64,000 bases of DNA from Trichosphaerium sp. ATCC 40318 (GCA_038496445.1 JALMLS010000418.1:1-64000); one strand, 5' to 3'. Counted from the stretch's first letter, positions 1 through 13,223 are shown. The notes: generated from the letters alone by a model not told the origin. Numbers and translations: made by a program.

Positions 1-858
1 TTATTTGTCACCTGAAATACTGCTTGGATACTCTCACAGTACGTATACAAGATCTTTTGTGATGATTTATGAGCTAAATCATATTCTTTAGGTTCTGCTG
101 TGGATTGGTGGGCACTAGGAGTACTCATATTTGAGTTCTTAGCTGGTTATCCGCCTTTTAGTGGAGATACACCAGAAGAAATATTTGGCAATATTCTTAA
201 TAGAAAATTTTTTTTCCCAGATAGTTTCTCACCTGAAGCTCGTGATTTAATATCAAAGCTTCTTGAACGTGACCCTAAAAAGCGATTAGGTAGCACAGGT
301 ACTAACATTGCTTTCCTTTTTGAGAGTAGGGAGGCTGAGATGGGCTCACAGTTTTGTTTTTTTTTTTAGGTATCGGTGAAATAAAAAATCACCAATTTTT
401 TAAAGACATTTCATGGGATACGTTGCGCCAACAAGATCGTAACAATATTTTTGTACCAAAGCCTTCATCTAAAGAAGATACTACATATCATACTTGTAAG
501 TCAAGATGCCTACTAAACGGCATCAAAAACAAATATTTCGGGTGTTTTTTTTTGTTAGGATTTTCTTTGACTTTGTTTTTCGCAGCTCGGACTTCCATTT
601 ATGGCACTGAAGATGCTACTCCTGATGCTCTTGCTAAAGAGGTATGTTATTTTTATACATTTGAAGCGTTTATTCATTGTTACTTAGGACAGTGAGAGCG
701 TCCCTGGTCGAAATGTGAGCAAGTCTCATATTCCTGGCTTCGAGTTTGAAAACCTCGAATTTTTAGCTTTAAAGAATGATAGTGGGAGAAAAACTGCTCG
801 TGGATTACGCCGACCAAAAGCCGGTAGGCATAGACGAACAAATTCTAGTGTAACATAA
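1..858 (+). CDS. AGC-group Ser/Thr kinase, MAST/Greatwall/Rim15-like; 3' part only, multi-exon
   Basis: Spliced translation YLSPEILLG..VDWWALGVLIFEFLAGYPPF..DLISKLLERDPKKRLG..EIKNHQFF, then an AGC C-tail FVPKPSSKEDTTY..FEFENLEFLALKN. GT-AG introns join the frames. Stop TAA at 856-858. Confidence 0.9.
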
Positions 859-1205
859 AGTGGCTCCTATTTCTCTTGTAGAATAAAAAAAAACAAAACA
901 ATTTTTCAAATCAAAAAACAAATAAAGAAGATGTGAAACATCACCTCATTTCACATCTCGGTAGATAATAGAGATAAGTTTTTTGAAGTACCCACAACTA
1001 TGTTATTGTTCTCTTTGCACTGAGTTATTCCATCACTTCAAAGCCAGTTCGTGTTAACCGATTTCATTGAATCATTTGGAAGTTGACTTATAACACAACT
1101 GTTGATTACAACATTTAGAAACAAAAAAGTGTTTAAAAGAGAACAGCTATGCTATGAGAATCTTTTCCGTCTTCGATGTAGCAACTTGGGTTTCTTGATG
1201 GCGTT

Positions 1206-1528
1206 CTATTGTTCCAATTGGCGAACCGTGCTTCGTGGAAGAACAAATTTTGTTAACGGCTCTTTAGATAAATTAGTTCTGGTTATATTTGCTTCTCGCT
1301 GTCTCAAGTAGTAAATACAAGCAACCTCATTATTGCTGACAATAGCCTGTTGTACGCGTTCACCGCCTACTACTACATCATAATCAGGAGCCAAATTCTC
1401 TTCGTATGCTTAGTAGTTGTAGGGCAACCACAGATTCAAAACAAAAAAAAAAGTTACAACAAGAACGAGTGAAAGTACACAGTACAAAAACATGTAAATG
1501 CACATACCATGCCTTGGTCGTCGCTCAT
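1206..1528 (-). CDS. Small hypothetical protein (two-exon model, uncertain)
   Basis: An ATG at 1528 (MSDDQ) can be joined to ORF 1206-1394 only through a GC donor. No recognisable domain. Confidence 0.25.
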
Positions 1529-2635
1529 AATTCTATCGTGGTAAGTCGTGCATAATAGCTATTATTACCAGAGACTTGTATTGCGACAACCAAAATATTT
1601 CGAGTTACAATAGATAGATTCATTGGATGAGGAAACAGTAGTGGGTGCTTTAGTTATGAGTTTATGTTTAAAATGCTTTTTTAAGACGAAATTAACGGAA
1701 CTAACGGCAAAAACAACAAGTTTGCTGATTGGCAAATCCGATTAGTTCCAGAGTATTATCGAGATGCAGTAGAGACATTGCTATGCTGATTAGGGCATGA
1801 AATCACAACTGGAAAGCAGCTGTTTTGGTTTGGGAATGTATAGCCTGAAACTGCAAGCTGTTCACTGTTATAGCAGTGACACGCTATAAAAGACATGTGC
1901 CTGGTTCTTTGATAGCAGCGTCTACTTGAGCTCTTTTAAGTCGAAAACATGCTACCTTGCATTAGCACGTTGGCTATGTATAGTGTAACGCATTTGTAAG
2001 TTTAGTCATTTTCTTGACTTATAAATTTACGCGCTGGGCATTGAACGCTATTACATCTGCACGAAAAGCCGTAAGAGCACCCATGAAAGGCGTTTGTAAC
2101 AACCAAAGAGCAAAAACAAGTCAAACGACAAATGACGCTACAAATAGAAGCAAACACTGTTATACGCGTAGAAATATAGCTACAGAGTAGAAACAGGAGC
2201 TTTAGAAATTATAGCATAATAAATCTCATCATAAACCTCTACTATCTAGATAATTCTCCTTCTCTTTAATAACATAGCACACAAAGTTGGGTCACAAGGT
2301 GAACAAAATTCCACCGCTTCGCACTGTTCCGACGAAAACCCGTAAGAAGATACCTCCGTACAAATCTTTATTGATCACCCTCTCTAGTAAAACCCTATAA
2401 TTTCCCTTCGCATGTGCCTATTCAATCACGTGATACGCCCTCGACGGCAACAAGAAAAACGCACACAAACCCCGTTGGAATAGATTTTCTTTATGCTGTG
2501 CGTGCTGTAATACACCTATGGTTTAAACTACTGCAACATATGAACTTAAAAAATGTCGCCTAAGCCTACACGAAGTAAAATATCACCGACTCTCGGTACC
2601 AGGGCACAACCTCTTAAAAAACCATTATTATTAAA

Positions 2636-3244
2636 ATGGCACAAAGAAAGCGCCAACAAGTTAAAAAAGCCTGCACTAATTGTCGTGTCGCTCACGCCGC
2701 TTGTGCTGAAAACAGACCTTGCCCTAGATGCGTCTTACAAGGGCTAGAACACACTTGTATAGACAAGGCAAACACTAAACGTGCGCCTAGAGCTTCATCA
2801 AATAAAGAATTCAAAAGTGACTATTGGAATGGCCACGATGATAAAACAGTTACTTCTCAAAGGTCTATGGGTGCGCCACTGCTACCAACGCATCGACCTA
2901 CAAATAGACAAAAACAACAGCAACAGCAGCAAGCGCAGCTACAGCAACAGCAAAACAGCCTACCTAACACTCAGTGGCCAGCGACACAAAATGGTAATAC
3001 CTCGCCCGACAATGCGCTCAATCAAAGCAACTTGGGGCACGATATCCATCCCTTTATACATCAAATGTTTCATACCCTCAACCAGAAGATTAGCGCTATT
3101 GAAGAGAGTCTATATCTTCAAAGTTTAAGACTTGACAGAGTCGAAGAGTCGTTGACACCATATCACGAAAGCACATGGAATGAGCATGGCCACGTGATGT
3201 CTGATGGGTTATATCATAATGGTGGCTATACGAACCAGTGGTAG
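2636..3244 (+). CDS. Zn(II)2Cys6 binuclear-cluster transcription factor with Gln-rich region
   Basis: Intronless 202-aa ORF. RQQVKKACTNCRVAHAACAENRPCPRCVLQGLEHTC fits Cx2Cx6Cx5Cx2Cx8C. It is followed by polyQ and a probable coiled coil. Confidence 0.9.
   Translation: MAQRKRQQVKKACTNCRVAHAACAENRPCPRCVLQGLEHTCIDKANTKRAPRASSNKEFKSDYWNGHDDKTVTSQRSMGAPLLPTHRPTNRQKQQQQQQAQLQQQQNSLPNTQWPATQNGNTSPDNALNQSNLGHDIHPFIHQMFHTLNQKISAIEESLYLQSLRLDRVEESLTPYHESTWNEHGHVMSDGLYHNGGYTNQW
2915..2952 (+). repeat. CAA/CAG polyglutamine tract
   Basis: caacagcaacagcagcaagcgcagctacagcaacagcaa inside the Zn2Cys6 ORF. Confidence 0.8.
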
Positions 3245-4113
3245 CGAAGTAATTGTAGCAATTTAGAAACGAGACTAGCGAACCTTGGGAGAAAACAACA
3301 ACGCTTTAAAGTACTATAAAAATTGTAAGATAGAAAAAAAAACCTGAAGCGTGTTTTGTACATAAATAGACTAAAATTAGCGAAAATCACGTGTCATTAA
3401 ATTATTTCATAAGAACCCTATTAATTGTCTTTCTTTTAACTAGTATCCTTCAAACGCCAAAGTTTTGTGGGTTCAGTTTTTTCAGGTTTTTTTTCGGTTT
3501 TGCTTGGATTTAATTAAATCACATGGCACCTCAAAGCATAATAGTTTAACTGGGTAGTACTTCTCTTTGCCCTTTTAACTTTTTTGTTTTTCGTGAGGTA
3601 TATCTTTATATTCGCGCATTGACATAAACACCCAATATAAAAAAAAAAAGCCCGACACGAGTGTGTACTATTGTCTGAAACAAGTAACACGGAGTTAATA
3701 TCGAAATAGTTTTTCACATTATTGTTTAATTACAGGTTTCTCCGTTTGAACTACCTGTTTTTCGCGCTGTAATGATATTGATCCAGCGTCCTAATTCTTT
3801 TAACTAACACAAGGCTCAATAGTATTTTGCTGTCAACACTAGAATACAGCAGAAGACCTCGCCCATTATTAAAAGACTCACAAAAATTATCATTTTTTTT
3901 TGTAAGAAAACTTCACCAAAGAAGTAAATACAGAGACGCTCCAGTAGCATTAATGTGTTGTTTTATTATAGCGTTTACTCGTATACAAAGTCTCGTTACA
4001 ACTTCGAGATAATTAAAAATAGTGATGATGACCTTGGTGACACTGACTAAAAACTAAGTTTTTCGCTTACTGCAAAAAACAATCAAGAAAAAAAGATTGC
4101 TATTCACGTGATT

Positions 4114-4641
4114 TTAGTCTCCTCCATTTGCGAACAAAAACGTCATAGAGTCTTTCTTATAAATACATAAAGCTGCATCTCCACGAACACGAACAAAGTA
4201 GTTATAAGTACCGTTGTATCCGTCCATAAAGTTAACATCAAGGATGAAGAATCTGGCTGTTTTTTCCTCGTCAAAAGCTTCAGTTGACTCTGTAGCCAAA
4301 GCACTCGCTTCTTTTTCGGTTTTCCATGTTCTATAAGGACTAGCGTACTTTTCGTCTTTACCACAAAGCATTGCAACCAGTTCTTCTTGAAATTCGCTTC
4401 TAGTTATCTCTTTCATAGTTACATTGCATCCTTTATGTACCAGAGGCTTTTTAATCTCGTTTTTGCTGACTATGTCAAGTTCTATGCTCTTATTGGTAAA
4501 ATCTTGCGTAAACCGCTCTGATGTGATGTATTCAGCGACATTGACTTGCGCAGGTACTTTTTTGTTGATTGTTGTGGTATATACAATCGTATTAGAGTTT
4601 AGAGTACCGTTAAGCGCAGACACGAGTTTATCAGTTGCCAT
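4114..4641 (-). CDS. Hypothetical protein, intronless, 175 aa
   Basis: Clean ATG-to-stop ORF with globular composition. No family recognised. Confidence 0.7.
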   Translation of the reverse strand: MATDKLVSALNGTLNSNTIVYTTTINKKVPAQVNVAEYITSERFTQDFTNKSIELDIVSKNEIKKPLVHKGCNVTMKEITRSEFQEELVAMLCGKDEKYASPYRTWKTEKEASALATESTEAFDEEKTARFFILDVNFMDGYNGTYNYFVRVRGDAALCIYKKDSMTFLFANGGD

Positions 4642-4939
4642 TGTGAAGAAAGTAACTTTATCCCTTATTCCGAGTTTCAGAAACGCAGAAAACTCGATTT
4701 TTTAGCATACAGCCGAAAAGCATGATGATTGGAACGTCTCGCCAAATGCTACCATTTTTTCGGAATCAGCTGAATTAGTGTCTGTATTGCGACGCGACTA
4801 CAAAAAGCAGGACAAGAAAAATTGCGTCTGGTGGATCCTTTCTATCACACGTGTTTTGAAAGGTTTTTCCAACGCATTTTTTCTGTGCACTTAAGTCAGT
4901 TCGCCAGCGGAGAAGTAAGTATTCGTTATAGTTGTAGAG

Positions 4940-6966
4940 ATGTACGTTATCAAGTCACTCGTTTTACTAGGCGTCGTTATAGCCTGTGCGTTAGCTGTAC
5001 GGATTATAAGCGGCCTAATTTTGAATTAACGCGATAGATAGACACGCAATTGGTATGCTATTCCTGATTTAGACTATAAACAGTCTCAAGAACTTATTAC
5101 GAGCGTATGTCAAACCCTTCAACGACTTTTTCACTTTACTTTTCTTGTAGTCGCTTCTATTACAGTATAACCCTACCAGTGATAACACCTTGTAGGTTGA
5201 CACTTACGCCATTGTTTACAGAAAAATAGCAATTGTACAAGCCTCAGCATCATTAATAGCGCGTTACCCAACAGCAACACTTCTAAAATCTGTCTCAGGT
5301 CACTTTTCTCATCTGTTAACGCGTTGCTTAAGTTAACTTTTACTCAAGGAGATAACGAAGAGCTATTAGTTGTTCATTCTATTCAGCAAGAGGGAAAAGA
5401 GTCTCTACTAGATTTTGTAGGCGGATTAAGCTTAAACGATGTTTTACTGGCAGATGTTAAGCGTCACTACGCTGTACTACCTTCTTCAATTCCACTAGGA
5501 TTATACGATGAGATCACAGCTGATCCTAGTCTTGTTTTGTTTCACACTTCTACGTTCCCAATGCGTCCTGTAAGAAGTTACGGTCAAAAGTTTAATTACA
5601 CCGAAGCAGAAAAAAGGCAAGTTCGAACGTTCTCAGGGAATTGTTAACAGTAAATAGAAGCATCAAAGATCTCGTTGAGTCTGTGGATCGTGCAGCACTT
5701 CTCTCTACAGTAACCGAACTTTCGTCTCCTGAGATCTTTTCAAGGTAAGTTGTTTCTTGTTGAATAGCGAAAAAAAAGATTAGCTAACGAAATTATATCT
5801 AAACAAAGTTGTTAAGGTGTTCACGTGACCCAGGTGCTAAGTTAGCGCAAGACTGGATAGAAGAGAAATTTAAATCATTTGGATTACCTACAGAAACGTT
5901 CAACTTTAGAGCTGATATGAGCGATAACGTAATCGCAGAATTGAAAGGTACCACAAAGAATTCTTATTTTTTTCTGTATTTGAGTGAGTGTCTTAACATA
6001 CTCTACTAGGCACTGAACAACCAGATTTGATTGTTGTTGTCGGTGGCCATTATGACAGCCGTGCTGCAAATAGCGGATGCGCTAATCAAAGGTATATTCA
6101 ATTAAGGAGGTTGGTTTTTTTAAAAAAACCTTTAGAGCACCAGGAGCTGACGACAATGCTTCTGGAACTGCAACTGTTATAGAAATGGCAAGATTATTTA
6201 CAGAAAAGAAGGCTAGATTCAAGTATACAATACAATTCATGGCGTTCAGTGGAGAAGAGCAAGGTCTTCTAGGATCTGCTGCAATTGCTAATTACGTATG
6301 ATTTTATCTTTCTTACCAAGCCACACGAAGAGTTTAATCAGTCTTTAGATGGCTAATCAAGGAGACCGTGTTGTTGCTATGATGAACTTTGATATGACAT
6401 CTCATCGCGCTTCAGGTATTTATATTTTTTGTATCACTTGCTGCCCTCAAAGTCAAATTGTAGTTTCTCTAGTCTACTAGAAGACTGCCAGTGTAAATTA
6501 ACATTTTATTGAGGTGAATCTATCCAACTTGGATTCAAACCAAACGGAACTCCTTCTCTCACTGAAGAGATGATTGAGTTAGCGAATGCGGTATGATACA
6601 AAACAAAAAAAAGGAATGTTGCTAAACTTACAATACTAGTACATTCCAAGTGGTAGCCATCGTGTTTGCTACGGATTGTCTGGTTCAAGTGATTTCAGAT
6701 CTTTTATCAACGCAGGTTCGTTTCGCAAAATTTTACAGCAATGGCATGATGGTTTTCTGTCTTTCTTCTAAAAATGTTGTCAAGGGTACCAAGGTGTTGG
6801 TTTTTTTGAGAGATGTGGCGGAATTGTCAACCCTTGTTATCACAGAGAGTGCGATGAAATAGCTAGCAATAGTGCAAATGATTTTGATCAAGTAAAAGTT
6901 ATTGCTCAAGGTGGTGTTGCCGGTGTTGCCACTACTGCTGGATTCCTTGGTTTTGGTGATGAATAA
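4940..6966 (+). CDS. Secreted M28-family zinc aminopeptidase, many exons
   Basis: Signal peptide MYVIKSLVLLGVVIACALA. Motifs NVIAELKG, VVVGGHYDS, APGADDNASG, FSGEEQGLLGS, MNFDM and a YHRECD end match M28 metal ligands. Confidence 0.9.
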
Positions 6967-7174
6967 AAAGGCATTCGGAAAATCTTGGAATTTCTACTGG
7001 AAAATCTCCTTTGAAGTTTAATGATCCGCTCCAAACCCCACTCCACTATAATATAAATAAACATATGTTTCTACCAAGACTAATTCCAACAGCTTGATAG
7101 CCAAGTCAACTTCGCAAAATCAAAAATTTGAGAGCCTTCACTGAAACAATACAGATAGAAATTAAAACACGGAA

Positions 7175-8573
7175 ATGTCACACATTGGACCTGGTGGGCG
7201 ACCTGTTGAGCTACTGAAAAGCCTAAACATACGTAAAACAACCTCTGGGCGCGACAAAGATGGTAGTGCTATTTATTTCACCCTCAACAGCGAAATTCAG
7301 GTGTTTGAGAAGCCCTTACATATTATTGGCGTAATTTCTGTATCGGAAAATGAAATTGTTCTTGTTGATGACAGTTTTACAGTTTATTCGCACGACATAC
7401 GCACAGAAAAGGTACAGCGTAGATGTACAGGATGTATTGTAGCTTATTCGCAAATTAGACCGAAATACTTAAAAAGAGCCCTAATGGAGAGCAAAATGAT
7501 GTAAACGGCGTAATTTATAAACACGGGTTCCTTGCAAGTTGTTGTATGGAGGGTATAGCTGTTTTTAACATAGATACACGCCGGTACAAATTTTTTTTCG
7601 CAATTTTCTTGTTTTCTCACGTGTTTTAGATTTCGAATATTTCCGGCTAAGTATCCAACACCAATCCATGCAATTGATATCAACATGTTGGCCTCAAGTC
7701 CTAGTCTTGTAGTAGGACAAAAACACGAGGTAAAAGGTACGTCGAAACGTCAGATTTTAATCGGAATCTCAGGTCGTTTTGTAGTTTATGATTTGCGATC
7801 TGGAGGTCGTGTAGGTCAATCAAGGCTAGAGTGTAACTGTGTTAAGATACACCCTAGTGGTAGTAAGTTCTTGGTCGTGTCAGTAGATGGTTTATTTTCT
7901 ATTTGTACAATTTCACCAGCAGGTATAACAGAAACAGAGATTGGTCGAACAAATCATTCTTCTACCACTATAACTTCATGTGATTGGAGGCAAGATGGTA
8001 GAACGTTTGTTATTTGTTCTCTATACAGTATTGAAATGTGGTCATTTCCGGACGTCAATTTACTTTGGTGCAAAAACAACGTGTGACTCATTTTTCTGTA
8101 GTATTTTGATAGTGTGTTTAGGGAGCTGCTAGCCTCTCTCGATTTGTGCCTTATTCAAATGTTGTTGTCGACCTAATTACCAAAGCTATTGTAATTTATT
8201 CTGGAACTGTAAGGAATAACACCAACGATAGATGCAACCGCCAAATTGTGAACAAAACACATGAAGAAAACTTCACTTTTTCAGAACTCGGAAATGAATT
8301 AATAATTGGTACGTAATTATCTTATTTTTTTCGCGTACCCGGGTCACGTGATTAACAAAAATTCATTTTTTAGCATCAAGTCAAACTATTAAAATATGGA
8401 AAAGAGTAACAGTACCTCCTTTAATGGAATTATGTATAGCTTATATTCAAGAAAGAATGAGCGTAGAAGAAGTAAATGGTAAACTACCAGAAAGTATCTT
8501 GACAAGAATTTTTTCAGATCAATTAAAACCGATAAACAAAAGCAAGGATGAGAAGGGTTGTATAATACAATAG
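7175..8573 (+). CDS. WD40-like beta-propeller protein with C-terminal BC/SOCS box and CaaX motif
   Basis: WD-like strands (CVKIHPSGSKFLVVSVDG, ITSCDWRQDGRTFV, TIKIW). The last exon (about 8374-8573) reads VPPLMELCIAYIQ..LPESILTRIF..KGCIIQ-stop. Confidence 0.65.
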
Positions 8574-8657
8574 TAATAATTATTAATAATTTAAAAATCA
8601 AGATGCAGAAGCATCACAATAAAGTGAACTTAAAAAGAATCTCTTGCTCGCTTAAGG

Positions 8658-10674
8658 TCACCACACAAGAGATTGTGATATTGGTGCGCTAGGTACAATT
8701 GTGCTATTAGTACTAGGCGTAAAGTGACCTTGTGCAAATATTCTTTGCACTATGTATGCTGCTATTGTAACAAAACCGTAGCCAAGACGGAAAAGTCTTG
8801 CTCTTGTTACTGTAAATCCGAATAACAAATATCCTAAAGAAACATAATTTTTAGAACAATTAAATCACGTGACTGCTTGTAAGATAAATACCTGTCTGAC
8901 CACAGTTCTGCCATATCATAAAGTAGTTGTACAGCATTTTTAAGTCTCTTGAAGATTTAGGAGGATAGTTCTCACCCTCTTCCTCTGAGTCAATATCAAG
9001 AGTATACTCTTTATTTTTCATGAATGAAACATCAAGGAATAATTGTTGCATAGCTTGCGTTACTCCAGAAGTGAAACTAAAAATAGTCAGAAGATGTTTA
9101 CCTTGTGTTGTCCGAGGCCTAGCCTTCTCAACAGTTATAAACAATAAACGCACTATAATGTATGTGCAATACACCCACCAAGCGCTGCTAGATAAAGAAA
9201 AGAACGCCAAAATCCTTTAAGCCGTGATAAGTCATGGCTTATTACGATTGCCCACAAAGCAGTGACAAACGCTAGGCACCAAAAAACAGTAATAGTTGTC
9301 ATGTAAGTTTGTACCCAGTAAGAAGATGCTACATTCTTTAGCTTTACAAAAAGTGCTTCTTTTGAAAAAATGAAGCATCAAATTACTCAATAAGTGTTCG
9401 TTGTTAAACGTACTTTCAATACGTTTACGTAGTCTTATATGTCTATTGATAGCCTCAGCAGCAGATATATTTGAATTCAGAGCTAGAAATGTTGGTTAAA
9501 AGAAATTGGAAGTGATTTTGGCAATAATTACCTTCTCTGTACTGCTTAACATCTGTTAAATGGCTTAAGCTCATGATATACATCAGTAACGTTGCATGGA
9601 GTAGTGATAGAAGCGCAGTGGTATGTCTAGTCAAAAACAATAAATAACAGTCACGTGTTAAAAACAACCCTGACTACAAAAAAATAAAAAAAATGCTTGA
9701 ACCAACGCACTTTAGTGTTGCTATGATTATATCCAATATTTGCCAATATATCGGTAAACCCTTCCATGTGCCAGTAAATAAAGTACCTATGTAACGGTAT
9801 TAGCATTATAAGTATGTAATTGAAGTGAATCTCTCACCTCCAACAATCTCAGCTATTGACGTTGAAAATAGTGCAACAAAAAAAACTATAAGAGTGAACG
9901 CTCTGGCATAGCGTATACTCTTTTTATAGGAATAGATCAACTTAGTCGCATCTCCATATCCCACATGGACTAAAAAAACAATTTATTATCACATGGACTA
10001 ACGACTAAACAGATTTACCTTAAACAAAGAAAAAACCAGATAAAAAAAAAAAAAACAACCTTTGTTCTTGTCACGTGCCTTCCAGTCTCTTTCTTGTACT
10101 AGTATAACATATCATTTGTACTACAGTAAATGAAACTAATCCCACAGTACTATTATTGCCGTAAACCATGGTGAAGAGTCGCTCTTTTGCCTTCAAAAAT
10201 TCTACCTACCTCAAAAGTAGTCCAACAATCAGAGAAAAGTAAGTGCCATCGTATTGAGTCGTATCAAGGAATCTAGATAAACCCGTTATGAGCTTTAATA
10301 GCTTGTATTGCTTTACTACCCTACTACCCTGCACAGTTTCTTGTGTTTGAAGGCAAAACAAATGAATTGCATTATAAACCCTCCTAATTAGACGTTAAGT
10401 AATAAAAATACGGTATTTATTACCTGGCGTTAGTGTAACGGATGTGGCGATAATCACAAGGTAAGTATAACGAAGTATCCAGTGTAAGTGCGTGTTTACG
10501 GATGGTACGCCTAGTACACCTGCAATCCATGATATTTTATACTGTTCGAGTATATCACACACTCTAACTACTGTCTCCTGCTTTGTTGCTCAGTATAACA
10601 CCTTCTAGATCTTAATATACCTTTTCAGGATGAAATGGAGCCTCCAGGAGAGGTTTTGAGGACAAACGGTTCAT
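8658..10674 (-). CDS. Multi-pass (about 7 TM) membrane protein, candidate gustatory-receptor-like/DUF3537 7TM ion channel
   Basis: Hand-spliced model with about seven hydrophobic segments. C-terminus LYNYFMIWQNCGQTGYLLFGFTVTRARLFRLGYGFVTIAAYIVQ resembles the TM7 signature of that superfamily. Some middle exon boundaries are uncertain. Confidence 0.6.
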
Positions 10675-11208
10675 TTTTAGGTGAACTTATTTTAACAATT
10701 TGCCATGCCTTAAACAACTCTCAAAATAGCAACAATCTATGACGAACTCTAGTCACATAACATCTAAGTGCTTTTCGCACGTTAGAAAGCCAACTGTTAG
10801 ACAAACATAAAAGCTGTGCTTTGCACATAGACTTTTTGCAACTATTTGTACAGGTTCCTCATTGCGCCTTTATCATTGCGGAAAAATTGTGACCTTTCAA
10901 TTGTTGATTCATCGTGTTACAAGAGCATTACTATTGCGCTGACCACGTGACACTGAAAATTAGAGGAACAATAAAGTTTCATAGTGTGGCACAAGTTACT
11001 GTTAACATACATTGTTTCACAAAAGACAAACAAGCTAGATTCCAATGGTATTGGTGCATCTGTGTTACACAAGTACTCTTTTACGTACACCAGTACAGAC
11101 ATAATCAGGCTGGTTACTCTCAGAAAAGGGCAGACATTGTACTATTTACAACTTTTTTTGTTCTTTTTTTATTGGATTCGTTTAAAAACATAACTTACTT
11201 TTGTGACT

Positions 11209-13223
11209 TTATTGCGCCTTACGTTGACCCATACCTTTGACTATTTTAATTGGAGGTGCTTCACGTATTTTTGGGGTCAAAGCATGGTTTGTTGCCATCC
11301 AAATAAGAATCCACTTGACGTTAGTCAACAAATACTTCAACACTTGAGTCAAAGATGTATTTTCTCCAGACGAAAATGTAGGAAGCTTAGGTGCCAGGTT
11401 ATGTATTTTACCGTTTTCAATCCTTTAAAATAAACACATTAGAAAGAGAGTACGAAATGAGTTGTAAAGTGGTGTAAGGTATTGATTGGTAGACAAGAGG
11501 CTAAAAAATAAAAAGTTAAGGTTTTTTTCATACCTATATTCTGCTTTCCATTTGGCATCTTTTGCTTCTATCCAATCACAGATTTCCTTAACGCATTTGA
11601 GGAGACCTAAAACAGCTGTTTCGAATCTTTTAAACCACCATATTTGTGTAATATTCAAATCTCGTTCTGCATAACTAAAAACAATCTTTAATTGTAATTC
11701 ACTGGTGAAAAAAAGAAAAAAAAGAAAAACGTACAGTTCATAAGTTGAGTTATCCTTTCGCCTCTGCAGTTTTGATTGACTTCCTGCAGGCAATATATTG
11801 AATTCTTTAAGCTTTATTTGGAGTTGCTCAGCAATTATTTTAACCAGTTGCGCTGTGAGTCCAAACGCAGAGTTGATTTCTAATTTTTCATTAGAACTGA
11901 ACTTTGGCGACAACAATGTAAATACCATTCCATTCTACATGTTGAGAAGGTAGTCTTCCTAGGCGACAACCATTTATTGTAGCAAAATGGCCATCATACC
12001 AAATATGAAACGCATCGTTTAATAAATAAATTCGCCTAAAAGAGAAAAATCAACAAAGTGCTCTAAAAAACCAAAAAATAAGCAAAATGTACCTCTTCAC
12101 ATCTAGGCTCTCTCGAACTGTATGTCGTTGTCTCATTATAGAAATGCGTTGTTGATGTATACGCTGTTTCTCTGATGAATATTGTGTAAATAGTTTCCAG
12201 TACCTAAATGAAGCTTAAGAAGATTCTGAAAGAACATAAAAACAAAGTAGAAAATTGTATACCGTTGCTCAATATCAGCAATCTGTTGCAAATCTCCTTG
12301 AAGCCTAGCATCCTCTTCTTCTATAGCTTTACGCTCAGCGCGCGCTTTTGCTAATTTGGCTTCGAGTGCAGCAATTTCAGTGTCCTATAAAAGGTATTTA
12401 AATACAACGTGATTATTTTCGCAAATAAGTCAAGGACATATCAAACAATCAAAGGACAAAACCACGTACCATATCAGCATTTTCTTGAGTATATTTACGT
12501 ATATGTGCAGCGCCAGTATTACGAGATTCTATTTTTTGAGCATGATCTGTGTACGCTGAGATATCCATTTTAGTTTCGTTTAATTCTTTGGCTAGAGCAC
12601 CTATTTTTTTTGAAAATTAAATAAGTAACAAACTAAACACGTGTTTATCATCTAATCTTATGCGTACGTGTTGCATCATCAGCACAATCACTACACAGCG
12701 GAAAATCAACGCCAAATTCATCACCAATAGCTACAAACAACTTTTCAACACGCTCTGCATCAGGTTCAGGTAAAACACTTTCCATATCATGAAACAGAGG
12801 AGAATTTGTTGGCGTCGTCCTTTGTAATGTCAAGCGTGATTATAAAGGTCAATATTTGTTTTTTCAAAAACAAACATACGAAGGAGAACTTTTCCTTGAG
12901 TTATTCTTCCTTGCTCTTCTACTTCGCTTCTTGTCCTTACGCTCTAGCTTCTTCTAACCATAAATTATAAGAATACATAGTCTCACATCACCGTACACTA
13001 CGCTTACTGATAGGAGACTCACCTAGAAACAACAACATTAATTCAACAGTGGAAAAAAAAAAAAAAAAAAAATTTAAAACAGTTCTTCAGGGCTCTCTCA
13101 TTAACTTACCGATATCTACACTTGAGGGTGGCAAATGCTTATATGTTGGTACAGAATTGGCTGTTGTAACGCTATTTTGTTTACCGTTTTCGATAATGAC
13201 AAAGTCCCTAAGTCAAAAGTCAT
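11209..13223 (-). CDS. ATG6: Beclin-1/Atg6/Vps30 homolog
   Basis: [10 protein letters not shown] motif, a long coiled coil, [44 protein letters not shown] and [12 protein letters not shown] match the BARA/APG6 domain. Confidence 0.88.

Noticed and set aside
8389-8601. Minus-strand hydrophobic 70-aa ORF
   Set aside because: It is antisense to the SOCS-box/CaaX exon, which has better motif support.
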